Source: Thermoplasmatota archaeon (GTDB lineage Archaea; Thermoplasmatota; E2; JACPAO01; JAHFTW01). Taken from it: DNA of 27,463 nt. A program made the translations under genes and the position numbers. The stretch lies in contig JANQNI010000073.1 of NCBI GenBank assembly GCA_028289805.1, forward strand, positions 1-27,463. Direction: 5' to 3'. How positions within the stretch are numbered: the first letter of the stretch is position 1; every line of letters starts with the position of its first letter. Shown in pieces: positions 16,823 to 25,089 of the stretch. Under the pieces are notes generated by a model. That model did not search any database, was not told where the DNA came from, and saw nothing but the letters and a program-made list of their open reading frames with translations.

Positions 16823-18391
16823 ATGGTCAGCTTCAACGACGTCCTGCGGTGGATCACGCCCCCCCAGGACTGGCAGGTCCTCACGCCCGACTTCGTCGTG
16901 CTCCTGTTCGCCCTCCTGGCGCCCCTGCTGGCGCTGTGGGACACGGACCGCCGCGGGATGCAGCAGTTCACCCTCATCGGCCTCGGCGGCGCCTTCCTGC
17001 TGACCCTCGGGAGCCTCCTCGGGTGGAACCAGGGCATCTTCAGCCTCGACTACATCGCCTGGAGCGCCCAGAGCGCCGCCGCCGGGCACTACGTCACGGA
17101 CGCCTTCCGCGTCACCGAGATGAGCCAGACGCTGAAGCTCCTCTTCCTCGGCGTCGCCTTCCTGGCCGTCCTGGGCGCCGGTCGCCCCCTCAAGCAGAAG
17201 GGCATCTCCGGCCGCGCCGAGGAGGACCACGGCGAGTTCCACAGCCTCATCCTCTTCGCCACGCTGGGGATGATGATCGTCGCCTCCGCGCAGGAACTGA
17301 TCGTGCTCCTGCTCGGCATCGAGGTCGCCTCCATGAGCAGCTACCTCCTGGCCGCCTTCCGCCGCGACCGCGACGGCGCCGAGGCCAGCATGAAGTACTT
17401 CCTCGTGGGCGCCGCCAGCAGCGCGTTCACCATCTTCGGCATCAGCCTCGTCTACGGCATGGCCGGCACGACGCACATCCCCACCCTCGGCGCCACCCTC
17501 GTCACCGGCGGCGCCTTCGACGCCGTCAGCTTCGTCGCCATCCTCCTCGTGGGCGCCGGCCTAGCCTTCAAGGTCAGCAGCGTGCCCTTCCAGATGTGGG
17601 CCCCCGACGTCTACTACGGCGCCCCCGTGCCCGTGGCCGGCATGCTCGCCAGCGCCTCCAAGGCGATGGGCTTCGTGGCGGTCTTCAACGTCTTCCTGGT
17701 CGGCTTCTTCGGCCTGAAGGCCAACTGGGAGCTGGCGCTGGCCGCCATCGCCGTCGCGACCATGTTCGTCGGCAACCTCGTGGCGCTCCAGCAGGACAGC
17801 ATCCGCCGCATGCTCGCCTACAGCAGCATCGCCCAGGCCGGCTACCTGCTCATCGCCGTCGTGGTGGGCACCCAGTACGCCGTCGGCGGCGGCATCCTGC
17901 ACCTGCTGACCAACGCCGCCATGAAGCTCGGCGCATTCCTCATCGTGGGCGCCCTGATCTACAGCGGCGTCCCCGACCGCGTCGACGGCTGGAAGGGCCT
18001 CGGCAAGCGCAACGGCTTCCTCGCCCTGGCCATGACCATCTTCCTGCTGAGCATGGCCGGCCTCCCGCCCCTGGGTGGCTTCACGAGCAAGTTCGTCCTG
18101 TTCAGCAGCGCCGTCGACGTCGGCATCGTGCAGAAGCTCGGCTGGCTCGTGTGGCTGGCGGTCTTCGCCGTGGTGAACTCGGCCATCTCCCTGTTCTACT
18201 ACTTCCGCGTCATCCGTGCCATGTACGTGGAGGAGGGCAGCGAGACCGAGCGCGTGCTGGTTGGCCCCGGCGTCCGCGTGGCCGTCGGCGCCTGCGCCGC
18301 GCTCGTGCTGCTGGTCGGGTTCTACCCCGCCTGGTTCGTCGACGCCGCCATGGCGGCGGCCGGCGACCTGCTGAGCTTCCGGGCGCCGTAG
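16823..18391 (+). CDS. nuoN: NADH-quinone oxidoreductase subunit N
   Basis: EASMKYFLVGA, AFKVSSVPFQMWAPDVY.GAP, RRMLAYSSIAQAGY, AGLPPLGGFTSK, SLFYYFRV. Confidence 0.96.
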   Translation: MVSFNDVLRWITPPQDWQVLTPDFVVLLFALLAPLLALWDTDRRGMQQFTLIGLGGAFLLTLGSLLGWNQGIFSLDYIAWSAQSAAAGHYVTDAFRVTEMSQTLKLLFLGVAFLAVLGAGRPLKQKGISGRAEEDHGEFHSLILFATLGMMIVASAQELIVLLLGIEVASMSSYLLAAFRRDRDGAEASMKYFLVGAASSAFTIFGISLVYGMAGTTHIPTLGATLVTGGAFDAVSFVAILLVGAGLAFKVSSVPFQMWAPDVYYGAPVPVAGMLASASKAMGFVAVFNVFLVGFFGLKANWELALAAIAVATMFVGNLVALQQDSIRRMLAYSSIAQAGYLLIAVVVGTQYAVGGGILHLLTNAAMKLGAFLIVGALIYSGVPDRVDGWKGLGKRNGFLALAMTIFLLSMAGLPPLGGFTSKFVLFSSAVDVGIVQKLGWLVWLAVFAVVNSAISLFYYFRVIRAMYVEEGSETERVLVGPGVRVAVGACAALVLLVGFYPAWFVDAAMAAAGDLLSFRAP

Positions 18392-18400
18392 GACGGGCCG

Positions 18401-18435
18401 CCCCTTCCTTTCCCTCTCCTTCCATCCCTCCCCTC
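18401..18435 (+). terminator. Pyrimidine tract after nuoN, putative operon terminator
   Basis: CCCCTTCCTTTCCCTCTCCTTCC (23 uninterrupted pyrimidines) starting 10 nt after the stop. Confidence 0.45.
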
Positions 18436-18463
18436 GCGCCCTCGGCGGCCCGCTCCGGCAACC

Positions 18464-18469
18464 CTTAAG
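18464..18469 (+). promoter_or_regulatory. TATA-like box, probably leaderless nfu promoter
   Basis: CTTAAG ends 24 nt upstream of the GTG at 18493, the archaeal leaderless spacing, within otherwise very GC-rich DNA. Confidence 0.55.
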
Positions 18470-18492
18470 CCCGGAAACCCCCACCCCTCACT

Positions 18493-18801
18493 GTGACCGA
18501 GACCGCCGCCCCCACCCCGGCCCCCACCGAGGCCGGCGACGACGTGGAGTCCCGCATCCAGGCCGCCCTGGACGAGATCCGCCCCGCGCTGCAGTTCGAC
18601 GGCGGCGACATGGAGTTCCTGGACTTCAGCCCCGACACCGGCATCCTGCGCATCCAGATGGTCGGTGCCTGCCACGGCTGCTCCATGAGCGAGGTCACGC
18701 TCGTTTCGGGCGTGGAGCGCATCGTCAAGGAGCGCGTCCCCGAGGTCAAGGCGCTCGTCAACATCCCCCCGGACTACGCGCCGACCAACCCGAAGTATTA
18801 A
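18493..18801 (+). CDS. NifU C-terminal/Nfu-type Fe-S cluster carrier
   Basis: IRPALQFDGGDMEF...GACHGCSMSEVTLVSGVERIVKERVPEV with the CxxC motif. Confidence 0.92.
   Translation: MTETAAPTPAPTEAGDDVESRIQAALDEIRPALQFDGGDMEFLDFSPDTGILRIQMVGACHGCSMSEVTLVSGVERIVKERVPEVKALVNIPPDYAPTNPKY
18796..18801 (+). promoter_or_regulatory. TATA-like box overlapping the nfu stop
   Basis: TATTAA (last Tyr codon plus TAA) preceded by CGAAG, ending 24 nt before the GTG at 18825. Confidence 0.45.
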
Positions 18802-18824
18802 CGCGCCCCCTCTGTGGCCACGCC

Positions 18825-20069
18825 GTGGACGGCTCCCGCGGTCTCACGCGCATCGCCCTCGTCGGCGCCGGCTTCGGCGCCCTGTTCCTGGTCCTCGGCC
18901 TCCTCGACGTGGGCGGCTTTGGCTGGTTCCAGGCCCACGGCCGCGTGCTGCTGGGCGGCTTCCTGCTGCCGCTGCTGATGGCGGCCCACGCCGTCACCCT
19001 CGCCCGCCTCGCGCGCGCGCCCCTGGACGCGGCCAAGCTGCACCTCGCGGGCGGCGGCGTCCTGGCCGGCTCCCTCCTGTTCGCTCTGGGGTGGTTGTTC
19101 CAGCCGAGTCCCCTGCTGTCGGTCGTCGGCGTCGCCGGCCTCGTCCTGGTGGCCGCCGCCGGCATCGTCTACGCCGTCCACGTCATGAAGACGGCGCCCA
19201 AGGGCGGCCTCACCACGCCGGACGACCCCCTGACGAAGGGCGACGACGCCTGCCTGAAGCACGTCCACTTCAGCCACCGCTTCCTCGCCCTCGGCCTGCT
19301 GCTGCAGGTCGTCGCCGCCGCGCTGGCCTTCGTCAGCCCCGACGTGTGGCAACTGCGCGTCCACGTCGCCGCCCAGCACGTCCTGCTCGTCGGCTTCGGC
19401 CTGTTGAGCCTGTACGGCATCGGCCACTTCTGGGTGCCTCGCTTCAGTGGCGTCCCCGCCATCGCCGCCGGCGCCATCAAGGGCGAACTGCACACCACCC
19501 TCCTCGGCCTCGCGGGCCTCCTGCTCGGCTTCCTCCTCGACCAGCCCGGCCTGACGCTGGGCCTCGGCTTCTTCGTCTTTGTCGGCTTCTTCACCTACAT
19601 GGGCGTCCTGGGTGCCAACATCATGAAGAACAAGAGCAAGACGCAGCGCGTCACGCCCGAGTTCACGTACATCCCCTGGACCTTCACCGGCATCTTCTGG
19701 CTCATCAGCGCCGTCCTGCTCGGCCTGTTCCTCAACGCCGTGCCCGACGTGCTCTCCGAGCGCGCCGCCGCCCTCCGCTTCACCCACGTCCACGTCGCGT
19801 TGCTGGGCGGTGCCGTGCAGCTCCTGATGAGCTGGGCCATCCCCGCCCGCGCCGACGCCCTGGGGGTCCGGCCGCCGCGCTTCGACGGCCGCATGAAGGG
19901 CAGCTTCTACGCCTTCAACGCCGCCGTGACCCTGGCGGTGTGGGCCCGCTTCGCCGACGCCGCCGCGACCTGGTGGTACGCCGCCCTCGGGTTGCTGGCG
20001 CTGAGCCTCGTCCTCTACACCGCCACCGTCGGAGGACTCAAGCGTCCCGCCCCCCTGGCGACCGCATGA
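18825..20069 (+). CDS. His-rich polytopic membrane protein (about 12 TM), NnrS-like / heme-copper oxidase subunit I-related fold (tentative)
   Basis: Three similar helices with His before LLxGF/LLGG (AHGRVLLGGF, AQHVLLVGF...GHFWVPRF, THVHVALLGG). The gene is real; the family call is tentative. Confidence 0.55.
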   Translation: MDGSRGLTRIALVGAGFGALFLVLGLLDVGGFGWFQAHGRVLLGGFLLPLLMAAHAVTLARLARAPLDAAKLHLAGGGVLAGSLLFALGWLFQPSPLLSVVGVAGLVLVAAAGIVYAVHVMKTAPKGGLTTPDDPLTKGDDACLKHVHFSHRFLALGLLLQVVAAALAFVSPDVWQLRVHVAAQHVLLVGFGLLSLYGIGHFWVPRFSGVPAIAAGAIKGELHTTLLGLAGLLLGFLLDQPGLTLGLGFFVFVGFFTYMGVLGANIMKNKSKTQRVTPEFTYIPWTFTGIFWLISAVLLGLFLNAVPDVLSERAAALRFTHVHVALLGGAVQLLMSWAIPARADALGVRPPRFDGRMKGSFYAFNAAVTLAVWARFADAAATWWYAALGLLALSLVLYTATVGGLKRPAPLATA

Positions 20070-20611
20070 AGCTGGACTGGATGGCCGTCGAGACCCGCCT
20101 CGGACGCTTCCTCGTCGTCGCCCACGACGGCACGATTGTCCACGTCGGACTCCCCGCCCACGACGAGACCACCATCCTGGCCCGCGTCCACAAGGCGTTC
20201 CCGGTCGCCGAACTGGCCAGCGGCACCCAGCCCGTCCTGCTGGAGGCCGCCACCCAGTTCCAGGAGTACGCCGAGGGACTGCGCACCGAGTTCCGGCTCC
20301 CGCTGGCACCCGAGGGCACCGAGTTCCAGAAGGCCGTCTGGGACGTCCTCGCGGCCATCCCCTACGGAGAGACGTGCAGCTACGGCGACGTGGCCGCGAC
20401 CCTCGGCAAGCCCGGCGCCGCCCGCGCCGTCGGCCAGGCCAACCACGCCAACCCGATCCCGGTCATCATCCCCTGCCACCGCGTCCTGACCTCCACCGGC
20501 AGCGTCGGCGGGTACATGGGCGAGTGGGGGGAGGGCGGGGGCATCCTGTTCAAGCAGCGGTTGCTTGAGTTGGAGAAGAAGGGGAAGGTGGCGTTGGAGC
20601 AGACGGCCTGA
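20066..20611 (+). CDS. ogt: Methylated-DNA--protein-cysteine methyltransferase (O6-alkylguanine alkyltransferase)
   Basis: GTEFQKAVW...IPYGET.SY, ARAVGQA...NPIPVIIPCHRV. ATG at 20066 in ATGA overlap with the upstream gene. Confidence 0.95.
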   Translation: MKLDWMAVETRLGRFLVVAHDGTIVHVGLPAHDETTILARVHKAFPVAELASGTQPVLLEAATQFQEYAEGLRTEFRLPLAPEGTEFQKAVWDVLAAIPYGETCSYGDVAATLGKPGAARAVGQANHANPIPVIIPCHRVLTSTGSVGGYMGEWGEGGGILFKQRLLELEKKGKVALEQTA

Positions 20612-20632
20612 GCCGCTGCGCGCCTCGCGTGC

Positions 20633-21886
20633 TTACGCGACCAGTCCCCTCAACTCCACGACTTCGGCCACCCGCGCCACGCTGACCATGTACGCGGCCA
20701 TGCGCATGTCGCAGCGGCTGCGCTTGTGGCGGTCCCAGACGGCGTGGTAGGCGGCGGTCATCTTCTCGTCCAGCTTCTCGTGGACCTCGGACTCCTTCCA
20801 GTAGTAGCCGTAGGTGTTCTGGACCCACTCGAAGTAGCTCACGGTCACGCCGCCGGCGTTGGCGAGGAAGTCGGGGATGACGTGGATCTTGTTCTTGTAC
20901 AGGATGGCGTCGGCGCCCGGCGTCGTGGGGCCGTTGGCCAGTTCCAGGACGATCTTGGCTTGGACCTTGTCGGCGTTCTTGCTCGTGATGGCGTTCTCGA
21001 TGCCGGCGGGGATGAGGATGTCCACGTCCAGCTTCAGCAGCGCCTCGTTGGTGAGGTTCTTGGTGCCCTTGAGGCCCTGCACCGTGCCGCTGGCCTGCTT
21101 CTCGGCCAGGGCGGCCTCGAAGTCGATGCCGTCCTTGCTGTGGATGGCGCCGCGGGAGTCGCTGATGGCGACGACCTTGCACCCGAACAGTTCGGTGACG
21201 AGCCGGTGGGCGTGCTGGCCGGCGTTGCCGAAGCCCTGGATGGCCACCGTGGCGCCCTCCAGCTCGACGCCGAGCTTGTCGGCGGCCTCGCGCAGGCAGT
21301 ACATGCCGCCGCGGGCGGTGGCGTCGCCGCGGCCGGCGGAGCCGCCCAGGGGCAGGGGCTTGCCGGTGATGAAGCCGGGCGTGTTGTAGCCGCGGATGAC
21401 CGAGAGCTCGTCCGTCATCCACGCCATGATCTGCGGCGTCGTGTAGACGTCGGGGGCGGGAACGTCCTTCTCGGGGCCGACGATCTGGTGCACGGCGCGC
21501 ACCCAGCCGCGGCTGAGGCGCTCCAGTTCGCCCTGGCTCATCTCCTTGGGGTTGCAGATGACGCCGCCCTTGCCGCCGCCCAGGGGGATGTCGACGACGG
21601 CGGTCTTCCACGTCATCCACGCGGCCAGGGCCTTGACGGTGTCCTCCGTCTCCTCGGGGTGGAAGCGGATGCCGCCCTTGGTGGGGCCGCGGGCGTCGTT
21701 GTACTGGCAACGGAATCCGGTGAAGGTTTGCGTTTGTCCGTTGTCCATGCGCACGGGGATGCGGACCTGGAGGAATCGCTGCGGTTCCCGCAGGTATTCG
21801 TGCATGGATTTCTTCAGGCGCATCTTCTTCGCCGCGGCGTCGAGTTGGGCCTGGGCGATCTTGAACGGGTTGAGTTCCTCCACCAT
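20633..21886 (-). CDS. gdhA: Glutamate dehydrogenase (Glu/Leu/Phe/Val dehydrogenase family)
   Basis: RGPTKGGIRFHP, WMTWK, GGGKGG, DVPAPDV, ITGKP, IQGFGNAG, ELANGPT, PDFLANAGGVTVSYFEWVQN. ATG 21886 with SD GGTGG. Confidence 0.95.
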   Translation of the reverse strand: MVEELNPFKIAQAQLDAAAKKMRLKKSMHEYLREPQRFLQVRIPVRMDNGQTQTFTGFRCQYNDARGPTKGGIRFHPEETEDTVKALAAWMTWKTAVVDIPLGGGKGGVICNPKEMSQGELERLSRGWVRAVHQIVGPEKDVPAPDVYTTPQIMAWMTDELSVIRGYNTPGFITGKPLPLGGSAGRGDATARGGMYCLREAADKLGVELEGATVAIQGFGNAGQHAHRLVTELFGCKVVAISDSRGAIHSKDGIDFEAALAEKQASGTVQGLKGTKNLTNEALLKLDVDILIPAGIENAITSKNADKVQAKIVLELANGPTTPGADAILYKNKIHVIPDFLANAGGVTVSYFEWVQNTYGYYWKESEVHEKLDEKMTAAYHAVWDRHKRSRCDMRMAAYMVSVARVAEVVELRGLVA

Positions 21887-21954
21887 GGTTCCACCGAAGG
21901 GTGGGCGGGGACCGGGGGTGGTGGACTTGAGGGGTTCGCTTGGCGCGGGCGCGC

Positions 21955-22905
21955 TCACAGCCGACCGAAGAGGTCTGCCGCCAGCAACGGCAGCAGCACC
22001 GTGGCGTCGCCTTCGACCGTCTGCCACGCCGCGTCCTCCTTCACCTTGCCCCAGCTCACGGCCTCTCGGACGCGGGCGCCGGACAGGCTGCCGTCGTGCT
22101 CGGGGGCGGTGGTGAGGTAGACGACGGTGTCGAGGCCGTCGCGGAACTGGCTCCACCAGATGACGTGGTGCTTGCTGATGCCGCCGCCGATCATCAGGCT
22201 CCCGAGCTTGGGGGCGGAGTGGACGAGTTCGTCGAGGTCCTGCTCGTCGCGCAGGAGGTCGAAGCGGATCTTGCGGTTGTTCTGGTACGTCATCCACACC
22301 TGGGCGCCGACGGACCCGTCGGTGGGGCCGGGGACGAAGACGGGAATGTCGTTCTTGGCGGCCCAGTAGAGGAGGCTCTCCTCGCGGTTCTCCTCCTCGC
22401 CGGCCCATTCGCCCAGCTTCCGGCACAGGTCGCGGGTGCTCCAGTCCGTCGTCTCCTCCGCCCACGCCGCGAGCCGGGGGCGCAGCTTGTGCTCCAGGAT
22501 CTCGCCGTAGCTGCTGTTGGGGACGAGGACGTTGCCGAGGCGGTTGACGCCGTGCTGGTGCAGTTCGCGGTCGTCCAGGTCGAAGCGGCCCGCGTAGTAG
22601 GGCTCCCACAGGCGGGCGAGGTCGTGGTCGAGGGTGCCGCAGGTGGTGATGATGGCGTCCACCAGCTTGTGCTTGACCAGGTCGCGCAGGACGCCGCGGG
22701 TGCCGGTGGCCATGATGCAGGCGGGGAAGCTCAGGATCACCTTCTGCTCGTCGTCCACGACCATGCGGTGCAGCAGGTCGCCGGCGGTGGCGAGCTTCTT
22801 GGCCGTGAAGCCGCCGCCGTCCTTCCACATCCGCATCAGGTCGGCGACCGTGGGGTTCTGGGTGACGTCCAGGTCGAAGACCTCGGGGAGGTTCTCGTAG
22901 TCCAT
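21955..22905 (-). CDS. dys: Deoxyhypusine synthase
   Basis: GGFTAKKL, TTCGTLDHD, NRLGNVLVPN, IGGGISKHH, DGSLSGARVREAVSWGKV (active-site Lys), EGDAT. ATG 22905. Confidence 0.95.
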   Translation of the reverse strand: MDYENLPEVFDLDVTQNPTVADLMRMWKDGGGFTAKKLATAGDLLHRMVVDDEQKVILSFPACIMATGTRGVLRDLVKHKLVDAIITTCGTLDHDLARLWEPYYAGRFDLDDRELHQHGVNRLGNVLVPNSSYGEILEHKLRPRLAAWAEETTDWSTRDLCRKLGEWAGEEENREESLLYWAAKNDIPVFVPGPTDGSVGAQVWMTYQNNRKIRFDLLRDEQDLDELVHSAPKLGSLMIGGGISKHHVIWWSQFRDGLDTVVYLTTAPEHDGSLSGARVREAVSWGKVKEDAAWQTVEGDATVLLPLLAADLFGRL

Positions 22906-23133
22906 GCGGCCGCCAGCCGGGTGGGGGTCTTCAGGGCAGCGGCCGGGCGGGGTCGGACCTCCTGCGGTCGGATTCACTGAACCAAAGGATGCACCATGCC
23001 CGACCCACAATGGAAAAAGAACATCAAAAGGTTTAGCTGGTTCTTCACTATCGGCCCAAATTATCCATAATCATCATAATCGGCCCCCATTTTCCCCGTT
23101 GTACGGCTTCCCATGGAAGTCGGAGGAATCCCC

Positions 23134-24882
23134 ATGAGAACGCAGACATTCGCCCTCCTCGTTGTGGCGCTGCTTGCCACCGCGACCGCCACCACGCCGG
23201 ACGCCCCCGTCGACGACGTCCATCAAAGCGTACTCGACGTGGTCGAGGATCCGGTGCACCTCGACGTGGTCCCCGACGGCGGCCACCGCGTGGACCATCC
23301 CGGCACCTACGTGGTTGGCCTGAGCGCGCTCGACCGCGACGCCTCGGCCGGCGACACGTTCCACGGCGAACGGGTCGTCAACGTCAACCACGCCATCCGC
23401 TTCATCGTCGTCGACGTCACCGACCCCGAGTCCTTCTCGGACCGCATCGACGCCGACGCCAACGTCCTCTACGTCCACGCGGACGGCCTCGACTTCCAAG
23501 CCACCTTCACGCCCAGCGAGCAATACTACGGCTGCTGCCAGTGGGGCATCCAGGACGTCAACGTCGACATCGCATGGGATACCACCCTCGGCTCCAGCAG
23601 CGTGACCCTGGCCATCCTCGACTCCGGCCTGCGCAAGAGCCACGAGGACATTGGCAACTACCTGCAAGGCTACGACTTCGTCTTCAACGACAACGACCCC
23701 AACGACCCCAACGGCCACGGCACACACGTCGCCAGCACGGCCGCCGGCCTGACCAACAACGGCCTCGGCGTCGCGGGCATGGCCCAGGCGACGATCCTGC
23801 CCGTGCGCGTCCTCGACGGCGCCGGCAGCGGCACCCCCAGCCAGATCGCCAACGGCATCACGTACGCCGCCGACCAGGACGCCGATATCATCAGCATGAG
23901 CCTGCGCTCCACCGTCAGCAGCCCGACGATCCTCAACGCCGTCAACTACGCCTGGAACAGCGGTGCCCTCCTCATCGCGGCCACCGGCAACGACAACGGT
24001 CCCGTCGGCTACCCCGCCGCCTACAGCAACGTCGTGGCCGTGGGCGCCTACGACCAAAACCACAACCGCGCCGGCTTCAGCAACTTCGGCCCCGAGACCG
24101 AGATGAGTGCCCCCGGCGTGCAGATCGCCGCCGCCTACAACCGCAACGACGCCGACTACGTCTACCTGGACGGCACCAGCATGGCCACGCCCATCGTCAG
24201 CGGCGCCGCCGCCCTCGCGCTCTCGGTCGACGGCACCCTCACCAACACCGAGTTGCGCCAGATGCTGCGCGACACCGCCGTCGACTATGGCAGCGCCGGC
24301 TGGGACAGCAGCTTCGGCTACGGTGGCGTCGACGCCGCCGCCCTCGTCGCGACCGCCCAGTCCGGCGGTGGCGGTGGCGGCAACCCCGTGACCGTCCTCG
24401 ACGACGACTTCGAGGGCACCACCAGCTTCGTCAAGAGCAGCGGCACCAGCGACCTCTGGCGCGTCAGCAGCGGCTGCCTCGGCGGCAACCCCACCACCAG
24501 CCTGCAGTTCAACGAGGCCGGCGACTGCCAGTACGGCACCGGCAGCCAGGTCACCGGGTGGGCTCGCGCCGAGGTCGACCTCGGCGGCGCCACCGCGGCC
24601 ACGCTCACCTTCGACCACAAGTGGGACACCGAGAGCTACGCCGGCGGCGCCTACGACCTCATGCGCGTGCAGGTCAGCGGCGACGCCAGCAGCTGGACGA
24701 CGCTGGAGCAGTGGGACAGCACCGACCCCAACCAGGGCAGTTGGGGCGGCGAGACCTACGACCTGAGCGCCTGGGCCGGCGACAGCACCGCCTACGTGCG
24801 CTTCTTCTTCGACAGCGTCGACGGTTCGTTCAACGACCACGGCGGCTGGGCCGTGGACAACGTCGTGGTCACCAAGCAGTGA
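23134..24882 (+). CDS. Secreted subtilisin-like S8 serine protease with C-terminal jelly-roll domain
   Basis: Signal peptide MRTQTFALLVVALLATATA and propeptide. Triad AILDSG / NGHGTHVAS / GTSMATP. ATG 23134 preceded by SD GGAGG (23122-23126). Confidence 0.93.
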   Translation: MRTQTFALLVVALLATATATTPDAPVDDVHQSVLDVVEDPVHLDVVPDGGHRVDHPGTYVVGLSALDRDASAGDTFHGERVVNVNHAIRFIVVDVTDPESFSDRIDADANVLYVHADGLDFQATFTPSEQYYGCCQWGIQDVNVDIAWDTTLGSSSVTLAILDSGLRKSHEDIGNYLQGYDFVFNDNDPNDPNGHGTHVASTAAGLTNNGLGVAGMAQATILPVRVLDGAGSGTPSQIANGITYAADQDADIISMSLRSTVSSPTILNAVNYAWNSGALLIAATGNDNGPVGYPAAYSNVVAVGAYDQNHNRAGFSNFGPETEMSAPGVQIAAAYNRNDADYVYLDGTSMATPIVSGAAALALSVDGTLTNTELRQMLRDTAVDYGSAGWDSSFGYGGVDAAALVATAQSGGGGGGNPVTVLDDDFEGTTSFVKSSGTSDLWRVSSGCLGGNPTTSLQFNEAGDCQYGTGSQVTGWARAEVDLGGATAATLTFDHKWDTESYAGGAYDLMRVQVSGDASSWTTLEQWDSTDPNQGSWGGETYDLSAWAGDSTAYVRFFFDSVDGSFNDHGGWAVDNVVVTKQ

Positions 24883-24898
24883 CGTGCCCGATCGGACG

Positions 24899-24924
24899 CT
24901 TCTCCCCTCTCCCTCCTCCCCCTT
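24899..24924 (+). terminator. Pyrimidine tract after the S8 protease
   Basis: 26 uninterrupted pyrimidines, CTTCTCCCCTCTCCCTCCTCCCCCTT, starting 17 nt after the stop. Confidence 0.45.
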
Positions 24925-25089
24925 GGCCCCTGTGGCACTCGCCCGTCGGACGGGTGGCCTCGCGGGATGTGGCTGCATGCCCCTCGCATGGCGTGTGTTG
25001 GCGTGGCAATGGACCGTCTGCCGGCGGGCCGGGGTGCAGGGTCCGAAAACGGGGCCAGGGTGGGGTGGGGGGTGGCGGGCGTGTGCGCG

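Noticed and set aside
20633-22828. 731-aa ORF suggesting a dys-gdhA fusion
   Set aside because: The upstream part is an off-frame reading of dys. gdhA has its own SD and ATG at 21886, and dys stops at 21955.
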